NCBI RefSeq assembly: GCF_003945235.1
Contig: NZ_RSDW01000001.1
Location: 1,710,001 to 1,742,000, forward strand
From: Edaphobacter aggregans
GTDB lineage: Bacteria; Acidobacteriota; Terriglobia; Terriglobales; Acidobacteriaceae
Direction of reading: 5' to 3'
DNA length: 32,000 nucleotides
The notes under the pieces are model-generated. The model searched no databases, had not been told where the DNA came from, and saw only the letters and a list, made by a program, of their open reading frames with translations. Both the position numbers and the translations under genes were made by a program. Shown piece by piece: positions 23,610-31,453 of this stretch (the first letter of the stretch is position 1; each line of letters begins with the position of its first letter).

Positions 23610-26600
23610 CTAGTGGACCGCAAACTTATACGTACCCGAACCAATCGAGGTCACAAAAGCATCTCCCTCGCGTCGAGCATTGAGCGCCTGTCCGTCCTGC
23701 GTAACCGTGCTCGAAGCCGCACCCGGCACATACACCGTAGCCGTGGTATTCGCGGGAGTATGCACGTTAAGCTGCAACCCACCATCTGCACCACGAGTCC
23801 AGTCCGTAGTCACCAACCCATAAGCCGAGTCATACTCGGCATGCACATTGCCCAGACTCGCATCGATATGCGGACGAATCACCAAATGATGAAAACCCGC
23901 TCCCGCCGCATCCGTATCGATCCCCGCCACGCGCCGATAAACCCAGGCCATCACCGACCCAAACGCATAGTGGTTATACGAGTTCATCGACGGATCACCT
24001 GTATCGCCATTCCACCGCTCCCACCACGTCGTCGCGCCCTTCTTCACCATGTACCCCCACGACGGATACGTATCATTCAGCAGCAGCCGATAAGCCACAT
24101 CCGCACGCCCCTGTTCCTCCAGCACAAACAACAGAAACGGCGTTCCCAAAAATCCTGTTGTCAAATGATTCTCATGTGCCTCGATATCCTTCACCAAACG
24201 CGCAGTAAGATTCGCCTCCAACTCCTTCGGAGCAAGCCCCACATAGAGCGTCAGCAGATAAGCCGTCTGCGTATCGCCCGCCACAGACCCGTCCTCATGC
24301 ACATACTCCTTCCGATAAGCCGCAGCAATCTGCTCATAAAGCTGCCGATACTTCTCGGCATCCTCACTCCGCCCCAGCGCCGTACTCATCTCCCGCATCT
24401 GCCGCGCCAGCAGCGCCCAATAAGCCGTGGCCACAAGGTCCTTCGGACTCTTCTGTTCCGGAGCAAGCCAATCAGCATAGTTATTTCCTAACGCCTTCTG
24501 CCGCAGATAATTCGGATTCGTCCGCAGGATGTAATCCATCCACTTCTCCATCGCTGGCCAGTTGCGCTCAAGCACAGCGCGGTCCCCATACTGCATCCAC
24601 GTCGCATAAGGAACCAGCACCCCCGCATCGCCCCAGCCCGGCGCACCGGGATGCTCATCCGAATCGTTCAGCAGATTCGGCGACACATCCGTAAGCGCAC
24701 CGCCCGGGCTCTGCCCATCCACAACGTCCTGCATGAACTTGTGCGAGAACGAATCGATATCGAAGTTGTACGTCCCCGTCCGCCAGAACACCCCCGCATC
24801 GCCCATCCATCCAAGCCGTTCATCGCGCTGCGGACAGTCCGTAGGAATCGACACAAAATTCCCCCTCTGTCCCCATATCCCTAGCTCATACATCCTGTTC
24901 AGCAACTCACTCGAAGTCTTCAGCCGAAACGAAGGCGTCTCCGGCAAACTATTCAGCACTTGCCCTTCAAGCACCCCCAACACAGGCTTCCCCGGAAGCC
25001 CAGAAACCTGCACATACCGAAACCCATGAAACGTAAACGCCGGTTCCCAAACCTCCTCACCTTCCCCACTCAACGTGTATAGATCAGTAGCATCTGCATT
25101 CCGCAGATTCTCCGTATACACCGTTCCATCCGGATTCAGCCGCTCCGCAAACCGCATCCGCACCGTCGTCCCACGAGGCCCTCGCACACGCAACCGAACC
25201 GTTCCGACCATGTTCTGTCCCATGTCGAACACCGCATCGCCCCCAGTCATCGTGATCGCCACCGGCTTGACCGTCTGCACAAGATGAACCGGCAGATCAG
25301 ACTGTGCCGAGACCTGCACCGCCGACGCAGGCGCACCGGTCACAACCTCATTCCATCCACGCCCACCCGCAAAATGAACCGCATTCCACCCAGCCTGCAC
25401 CAGCCGAGCATCATAAGCCTCACCTGCATAAATCTCCGACGACACTATCGGCGCAGCCGCACTCTTCCAGCTCGTATCCGTCGCAACCACCTGCTTCGAC
25501 CCATCCGCAGACGTTATCTCCAGCTGCGCGCGCAAGAGATCCGGCCCCGGAAAAATATGCACACCCGACCACATCATCGGGCTCCCATGCCACCCAGCGC
25601 CCAGCATCGCGGCCAGTACATTCTGCCCCTTCGCAATCATCGGCGTCACATCATAGGTCTGGTACACCACGCGCTTGCGATAGTCCGTAAAGTCAGGCGT
25701 CAACTCCCCATCCCCCACCTGCTTCCCATTCAAATAAGCGCGATAACTCCCCAGCGCCGTCACATACAACCGAGCCGAAACAACCGGACTCGAAACACCA
25801 AACTCCCTTCGAAACAGCGCACCATCCGTCGAAACCCGTTCCGGCGCCTCCGCGAGCGACATATGATCCGCCGCCGTACCCAGCCGCAGCTCCGTCACCG
25901 AACCCAGATCCTTCGCCGCACTCCACTCCGTCGCATCAGTCTTGCGTACCTGCCACTGCGCATCCGTGACAATATCCCGCGCCTTCGCATTGCCCCCATC
26001 AATCCGCAGCACCGCAGCCAGCGCAGCCGGAAGAGACACCTTCGCGTCCCTGGACTTCGGAGCAGCAACACTCACCACAATCACATTGTCACCCTTAGCC
26101 CCATCGCCATACACCACCCGATCACGAACATCCTCGCGATCAAACGAGTTCCACTCCGACTTGTGCCCCGTCACCGCCCCATTCACACGCGCTGTAAACG
26201 TACCCGGACTGAAGACATGAAGACTAGCCGAAAGCGGCTTCTTATCCAGATGAAGCTTGTACTCAAACTCAGCTGTCGTAGGTTGCGCAGCCTGCCCCGC
26301 CTCAGCCTCCGGCAATGCAATCCAACGAATACTATGCAACTCTCGTTCAGCATCCGGATCATTGCGCCGAATCCACTCTGCCTTCCAATCGCCCGGCTGC
26401 AACAGACCCATCTCCCACCACGCAGGACTCGCAACACGCGCAGCCGTCCCGTGCCCATCCCACACTTCGACCGTCCAAAAGTACCTCTGCCGCGACTTCA
26501 ACTCCGGCCCACCATAAGCAATGCCAACGCTCTCCGAAGAATCGACGCGCCCGCTATCCCACACATCACCCTTTCCCTGCCCAAGCGCCGCCGCCGAACT

Positions 26601-26870
26601 GGCCACCAAAATGCGATAAGCCGACTGCTTCCAATCCCGCTCCGCAGCATCGCTCTGCCACGTAAAAACAGGCCGCGCTACATCAATGCCCAGAGGATTC
26701 GTTCGCTGCTCCACCCTCAGTCGAACCGGAGCTGCATACACAGCGCTCGCTACAAAAAGCAGCGCCAACAACACAACCAGCTTGGCGGCAATGCGAAAGC
26801 ATTCATAAACCCGATCGACAACACCCCACCGCTGCAGCGAGCCCTCACTACGCGTCATGCCGTCCTCCAT
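23610..26870 (-). CDS. Alpha-L-rhamnosidase, glycoside hydrolase family 78, secreted
   Basis: 1086-aa ORF with a signal peptide (LVVLLALLFVASAVYAAP). GH78 N-terminal motif: LRVEQRTNPLGIDVARPVFTWQ. Catalytic-domain hallmark: TDCPQRDERLGWMGDA. The start could instead be Met5, at 26858. Confidence 0.9.
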   Translation of the reverse strand: MEDGMTRSEGSLQRWGVVDRVYECFRIAAKLVVLLALLFVASAVYAAPVRLRVEQRTNPLGIDVARPVFTWQSDAAERDWKQSAYRILVASSAAALGQGKGDVWDSGRVDSSESVGIAYGGPELKSRQRYFWTVEVWDGHGTAARVASPAWWEMGLLQPGDWKAEWIRRNDPDAERELHSIRWIALPEAEAGQAAQPTTAEFEYKLHLDKKPLSASLHVFSPGTFTARVNGAVTGHKSEWNSFDREDVRDRVVYGDGAKGDNVIVVSVAAPKSRDAKVSLPAALAAVLRIDGGNAKARDIVTDAQWQVRKTDATEWSAAKDLGSVTELRLGTAADHMSLAEAPERVSTDGALFRREFGVSSPVVSARLYVTALGSYRAYLNGKQVGDGELTPDFTDYRKRVVYQTYDVTPMIAKGQNVLAAMLGAGWHGSPMMWSGVHIFPGPDLLRAQLEITSADGSKQVVATDTSWKSAAAPIVSSEIYAGEAYDARLVQAGWNAVHFAGGRGWNEVVTGAPASAVQVSAQSDLPVHLVQTVKPVAITMTGGDAVFDMGQNMVGTVRLRVRGPRGTTVRMRFAERLNPDGTVYTENLRNADATDLYTLSGEGEEVWEPAFTFHGFRYVQVSGLPGKPVLGVLEGQVLNSLPETPSFRLKTSSELLNRMYELGIWGQRGNFVSIPTDCPQRDERLGWMGDAGVFWRTGTYNFDIDSFSHKFMQDVVDGQSPGGALTDVSPNLLNDSDEHPGAPGWGDAGVLVPYATWMQYGDRAVLERNWPAMEKWMDYILRTNPNYLRQKALGNNYADWLAPEQKSPKDLVATAYWALLARQMREMSTALGRSEDAEKYRQLYEQIAAAYRKEYVHEDGSVAGDTQTAYLLTLYVGLAPKELEANLTARLVKDIEAHENHLTTGFLGTPFLLFVLEEQGRADVAYRLLLNDTYPSWGYMVKKGATTWWERWNGDTGDPSMNSYNHYAFGSVMAWVYRRVAGIDTDAAGAGFHHLVIRPHIDASLGNVHAEYDSAYGLVTTDWTRGADGGLQLNVHTPANTTATVYVPGAASSTVTQDGQALNARREGDAFVTSIGSGTYKFAVH

Positions 26871-26927
26871 GTTTCAAAACAGAAAACATGTTACCCGACA
26901 AAACTTCGCCACGCAGATACCAACCAA

Positions 26928-26944
26928 TGATTAGCAAATAATCA
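26928..26944. promoter_or_regulatory. Perfect inverted repeat TGATTA-N5-TAATCA upstream of the rhamnosidase gene (candidate operator)
   Basis: Read directly: TGATTAGCAAATAATCA, 58-74 nt upstream of the ATG at 26870, in an unusually AT-rich intergenic stretch. Confidence 0.3.
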
Positions 26945-27031
26945 CAAAATACCGCTTCACCCGAAAAGACTCCCGACCCCGCCTCCCATCAACTTCAAAT
27001 CAGTGTGATCGGTGTCAATCGGTGTTAAGCC

Positions 27032-28261
27032 TTAAAAGCTTCCCGCAAAGATAGCCTTCAACTTCGCCCGCAGCCCCTGCTCCTCGCTTGCCCGCCGAAC
27101 CTGCGTCCGATGCGTATACAGCAGCATTCCAATCGCCGCCGCAAACTCCGGCTTAGCCAATTCAGCCGGCATCCGCGATAGCGGCACCGGATACCCAATC
27201 CGCGCCGGAACCCGCAGCAAGCTCTCCGCATTATCGAGAAGCCCCGACATCATCGATCCCCCACCCGTCAGCACGCACCCCGCGCCCAACGCCTCCAGCA
27301 CGCCACCCTGCCGCAGATTATCCCGCAGCATCGTAAACAACTCCCGAGCCCTGGGCTCCAGAATCTCCGCCAAAAACCGCTGCCGCACCATCCGCGCAGG
27401 CTGCCCACCAGAGATCGCCAGGTCACCGCCCACCTCAATCTCATTCATCTGCGGCACAGCAGTCACCACGCAATGCCCATACGTCTTCTTCAGAAACTCG
27501 GCCTCTTCCACCGTCACATGCAGCCCAACCGCAAGGTCATTCGTAAAGTGGTCCCCGCCAATCGGCAGTACGGCCGTATGCGCAATCGACCCCTCAAAGA
27601 ACACCGCCAACTCCGTCGTGCTCGATCCGATATCGGCAATGCAGACGCCAAGCTCCCGCTCGTCCGCACTCAGCACCGCCTCGGCCGAAGCAATCCCCTC
27701 ATACACCGTATCCAGCACCTCAAGCCCGGCCCGATTCGCGCACGTAATCACGCTCTGCGCCACGCCACCCGAGCAAGTCGAAAGATGCAGATTCACCTCC
27801 AGCTTGTTCCCCACCATCCCCACCGGATCGTGAATCCCCGGCTGGTCATCTAGGATGAACTCCTGCGGCAACAGATGCAGCACCTCGCGATCCGGAGGCA
27901 GCGCCACACTCCGCGCTCGATCCACCGCCGCCCGTACTTCCTCCCTCGTAATCTCACGCATCCGGCTGCCCATGCTGATCCCGCCGCGCGAGTTCACTCC
28001 ACGCACATGCGTCCCGCCGATCCCCACAACCGCTGTCTCGATCCCCGCCTTCGCTGTTCTCTCCGCCGTCAGCGCCGCGCGATTGATCACCTCCGCCGCC
28101 GGCCCCAGTTCCGCGATCAATCCCTTCCGCATCCCCTTCGACGCCTCAACGCCATGCCCGCGATACCGCAGCACGCCATCCTGCACCTCGGCCACCAGCA
28201 CACAGCTCTTCGTGCTTCCGGCGTCGAGCACAGTAATTAAGTTGTCCTGCTTCTGATTCAT
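27032..28261 (-). CDS. ftsA: Cell division protein FtsA
   Basis: The ATG at 28261 (MNQKQDNLITVLDAGSTKSCVLVAEV) overlaps the ftsQ TGA as ATGA. Actin-fold motifs: VGIGGTHV, DIGSSTTELAVF, VLTGGGS. The C-terminal amphipathic helix is LRAKLKAIFAGSF. Confidence 0.95.
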   Translation of the reverse strand: MNQKQDNLITVLDAGSTKSCVLVAEVQDGVLRYRGHGVEASKGMRKGLIAELGPAAEVINRAALTAERTAKAGIETAVVGIGGTHVRGVNSRGGISMGSRMREITREEVRAAVDRARSVALPPDREVLHLLPQEFILDDQPGIHDPVGMVGNKLEVNLHLSTCSGGVAQSVITCANRAGLEVLDTVYEGIASAEAVLSADERELGVCIADIGSSTTELAVFFEGSIAHTAVLPIGGDHFTNDLAVGLHVTVEEAEFLKKTYGHCVVTAVPQMNEIEVGGDLAISGGQPARMVRQRFLAEILEPRARELFTMLRDNLRQGGVLEALGAGCVLTGGGSMMSGLLDNAESLLRVPARIGYPVPLSRMPAELAKPEFAAAIGMLLYTHRTQVRRASEEQGLRAKLKAIFAGSF

Positions 28262-29568
28262 GGCTGAACCACCTGCGGAGGATGGTATTGCTGATGACTC
28301 ACATCGCTCGGTACTGTTGGATGTTTCGTAGCTGCCGTCTTCGGATGGACCCAAGTTGCCACATCACTCCGCGTCGCCGGACTCTTCTTCGCCGCAGATG
28401 GATGCACTGCCGCATGATGAACCGGATGCACCGGCCCCTTAGCCTTAGCCACGTTCTTCGCCCCAGCCGGATGCACCGCCGCAGCCACAGGAGCCTTAGC
28501 CGGAGCAGGAGTCACCGGAGCAGCATCACTCCTCGCAGCACCCGCAGCAGGAACTGGCGAAACCGGAACCGAACTTCCCGGCTGCATTTCCAGCACCGCC
28601 TGCCGGTCATATCTCATATCCACCGACGAAAGCTTCGGATACTGCGCCCGCCACTCCGCCAGATGCGCCTCATACTTCTTGTACCTGTTGAGAAAGTCTT
28701 CCTCGCCAAAGTGCACCAACACCTCCGACGTGTGATCCGGAATCACCGCCTTCACATCCTCCGGGTTCGAAAGGTCCACCTCGCTCAAACTCTGCGATAT
28801 CCTCTCGCCCTCCGCATCCAGGTCGGCAGTGAACTTCGCATAAATCTTCATCCTCGCCGCTCGAACCGACAGCGGATCCGCAGCCGCAATCCCCGTCACC
28901 ACTGGAAACGAATAATGTGTATTCGCCGGAACATCGGTCGGCATATCCAGCAGTACGCCATTCTTATCAACCAGCCCGATATGGTTCCCCTGCCGCACAA
29001 ACGCCACCGGCGTCCGCTCCGTAATCGACACCCGGATCCGGTCCGGCAGCAGCCGCATCACCGTCGCATGCTCTACCCAAGGCAGCCGCTCCAGTTGAGC
29101 CTTACGCTCCGCCAGCGAGATCGTAAAAATATTCCTCTCCACATCGCCGCCAAAGATACTCAGCAGTTGAGCCTTCGTCAGATGGCTATTCCCTTTAATC
29201 TCAATCTCGTCAGACGTCGGAATCACAAACCGATCATCATGCATCAGCATGTCCCGAACCATCAGCACCGTCCCCACGCCCACTCCGACGACCACCAACA
29301 CCGCCGCAACGGCAGCAATCCATCCAGCCTTGGTCCTAGGCAACCCGCCGCGGACACGAACCCGCGTCCCAGCCCGCCGACGCCCCACAGGGGACGTATC
29401 GTCATCGTCAGAAAAATCATCCGCAAAGTCATCCGTAAAGTCGCGGCGCAGCTTTCTCTTCGGCGCAACCGAGGTCCGCCGCGGCGCCGAAAACTCCGGA
29501 GCATACTCCCGCTCAGGCGTCTCTAGCACCGCTGTCCCGCGCTTCGAAGATCCGTTGCTATTTCGCAA
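28258..29568 (-). CDS. ftsQ: Cell division protein FtsQ (POTRA domain) with extended N- and C-terminal tails
   Basis: Single TM helix (WIAAVAAVLVVVGVGVGTVLMV) followed by a POTRA-like region (IEIKGNSHLTKAQLLSIFG...LPWVEHATVMRLLPDRIRVSITERTPVAFV). Its position between murC and ftsA fits. It is 436 aa long. Confidence 0.85.
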   Translation of the reverse strand: MRNSNGSSKRGTAVLETPEREYAPEFSAPRRTSVAPKRKLRRDFTDDFADDFSDDDDTSPVGRRRAGTRVRVRGGLPRTKAGWIAAVAAVLVVVGVGVGTVLMVRDMLMHDDRFVIPTSDEIEIKGNSHLTKAQLLSIFGGDVERNIFTISLAERKAQLERLPWVEHATVMRLLPDRIRVSITERTPVAFVRQGNHIGLVDKNGVLLDMPTDVPANTHYSFPVVTGIAAADPLSVRAARMKIYAKFTADLDAEGERISQSLSEVDLSNPEDVKAVIPDHTSEVLVHFGEEDFLNRYKKYEAHLAEWRAQYPKLSSVDMRYDRQAVLEMQPGSSVPVSPVPAAGAARSDAAPVTPAPAKAPVAAAVHPAGAKNVAKAKGPVHPVHHAAVHPSAAKKSPATRSDVATWVHPKTAATKHPTVPSDVSHQQYHPPQVVQP

Positions 29569-29733
29569 ACCCGAGCAAGGCCGCGAGAATCGCCACCCTG
29601 ACTATATCCTGCCAACACCCCGTAAAATCCCATCATCTTCCAGGCGTACCCATTCAGGAACGCACCAACAACCTAACCTCAATCCGCACCATACCCCATC
29701 CGAACCACCCCACCCATCCCCCATCCGCGCCAG

Positions 29734-31125
29734 TCATCCCCTCGATCCCAACCCCTCCAACAACAACGCCCCCGCCTGCGAAACACTCCCCGCTCCCAAC
29801 GTCAAAATCACATCCCCATCCCGAGCCTCCCCCACCAATCTCTCAACCCCAGCAGCAACCGACGACGCATACCCAACACCATCACGCCCAATCTCGCTTA
29901 CCAGAGCCTCCGCCGTCACCCCGGCAATCGGCTCCTCACTCGCAGCATAGATATCCAGCACCTGCACAAAATCCGCGTCTCGGAACGCCCCCACAAACTC
30001 CGCCATCAAATCCCGAGTCCGCGTAAAACGATGCGGTTGAAACAACACCAGCACCCGTCCATACCCGCACTCCCTCGCCGCCTTCAGCGTAGCCACAATC
30101 TCCGTCGGATGATGCCCATAATCGTCGACCACCGTCACCCCACGCACTACACCCTTCACCTGAAACCGCCGGTCCACCCCGCGAAAGCTCTCCAGCCCCG
30201 CCGCAATCTGCTCCGGCGCAACCCCCAGCTGCACCCCCACCGAAACCGCCGCCGCCGCATTCAGCACATTATGCTTCCCCGGAACATGCAGCCGAAACGG
30301 CCCCAACACCAGCCCCTTATAGTTCACCTCAAACCGCGAGTGACACCCTTCTTCCTTCGCCAGCAGCTGCACCTTGAAGTCCGCGTCCCCACTCTCCCCA
30401 TACGTATAGACCCTGCGCCGAATCCGCCCCAGCACCGCTCGCAACAGCTCATTATCCACGCAAGCCGTCGTTGCTCCATAAAACGGCACCCGATCCATAA
30501 ACTCCACAAACGCACTCTCAACATCCGCCATATCGCGATAGCAATCCATATGCTCGCGATCCAGATTCGTCACCACCCCCAGCACCGGCGACAGCTTCAA
30601 AAACGACCGGTCGCTCTCATCGGCCTCCGCCACCAGATACTGTGAGTTCCCCAGCCGCGCATTCGACCCCAGCGCATTCACCCGCCCACCCACAACCACC
30701 GTAGGATCCAGCCCCCCACCCGCCAGAACCGCCGCAATCATCGAAGTCGTCGTCGTCTTCCCATGCATCCCGGCCACAGCGATCCCATACTTCAGCCGCA
30801 TCAACTCTGCCAGCATCTCCGCCCGCTGAATCACCGGAATCTTCCGCGCCCGCGCCTCCACCACCTCAGGATTGTCCCTGCTCACTGCTGAACTGGTCAC
30901 CACCACATCACTCGCCGCCGCATTCGCCGCAACATGGCCCTCAAACACCCGAGCCCCCATCCCTACCAGCCGATCCGTCACCGCGCTTCGCCGCAAATCC
31001 GACCCCGAGACCGAATACCCCATCGTCAGCAGAATCTCCGCGATCCCACTCATCCCAATCCCGCCAATGCCAATAAAGTGAATGCGCTGCGAAGGCGCAA
31101 ACAGAAAGTGTCCAGGAACAAACAT
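29734..31125 (-). CDS. murC: UDP-N-acetylmuramate--L-alanine ligase MurC
   Basis: Start set at the ATG at 31125 (MFVPGH...RIHFIGIGGIGMSGIAEIL). Motifs: GMHGKTTTTSMIA, EADESDRSFL, DDYGHHPTEI. The 150-codon upstream extension in the ORF track reads through a repeat element and is rejected. Confidence 0.93.
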   Translation of the reverse strand: MFVPGHFLFAPSQRIHFIGIGGIGMSGIAEILLTMGYSVSGSDLRRSAVTDRLVGMGARVFEGHVAANAAASDVVVTSSAVSRDNPEVVEARARKIPVIQRAEMLAELMRLKYGIAVAGMHGKTTTTSMIAAVLAGGGLDPTVVVGGRVNALGSNARLGNSQYLVAEADESDRSFLKLSPVLGVVTNLDREHMDCYRDMADVESAFVEFMDRVPFYGATTACVDNELLRAVLGRIRRRVYTYGESGDADFKVQLLAKEEGCHSRFEVNYKGLVLGPFRLHVPGKHNVLNAAAAVSVGVQLGVAPEQIAAGLESFRGVDRRFQVKGVVRGVTVVDDYGHHPTEIVATLKAARECGYGRVLVLFQPHRFTRTRDLMAEFVGAFRDADFVQVLDIYAASEEPIAGVTAEALVSEIGRDGVGYASSVAAGVERLVGEARDGDVILTLGAGSVSQAGALLLEGLGSRG

Positions 31126-31175
31126 ATCTTTCAAAGATATCAGCGCAAACAGGTGCCATCGCCATCGTCGCTGGG

Positions 31176-31247
31176 GTGTTCTTGTCTTTCCTGTTTTGTC
31201 ATCCCCCGGCAGAGGGTCTACTTTGTTGTTGTCGCCTGTTCTCGTCC
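31176..31247 (+). repeat. T-rich tract plus GTCAT hairpin element (variant)
   Basis: Sequence: GTGTTCTTGTCTTTCCTGTTTT-GTCAT(31198-31202)-CCCCCGGCAGAGGGTCTACTTTGTTGTTGTCGCC. The architecture matches the copies at 5085-5185 and 8326-8376. It lies in the divergent region between murC and the YXWGXW gene. Confidence 0.6.
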
Positions 31248-31453
31248 CCATCCAGCCGAAACCTTGCCGTTCCCCAACAAAACAAAGCCGTTCCCCGCCC
31301 CTGAACCACCATTCACTTTCCTGCAACAAATCCACCACACCCGTGTCTAATATACTGAGTGCCTGATCCGCAGAGTGAAGCGGGCAGGAACCTCCGCCAG
31401 CCGTCCGCGAAGCCTGTTTTGGGCAAACGAAGGGCGACCGGCAAAGGGACCAA

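Noticed and set aside
13025-26870. A functional link between the Arg-loop EF-P-like protein and the rhamnosidase gene, by analogy with EarP-type arginine rhamnosylation of EF-P.
   Set aside because: The GH78 enzyme is a secreted hydrolase, not a glycosyltransferase. The genes are 10 kb apart with unrelated genes between them. The loop is the longer YeiP/EfpL type. No earP or dTDP-rhamnose genes are present.
28262-28354. 31-codon upstream extension of ftsA.
   Set aside because: The ATG at 28261 overlaps the ftsQ stop as ATGA, a classic coupling. It is followed immediately by the conserved FtsA N-terminal beta-strand (ITVLDAGSTK).
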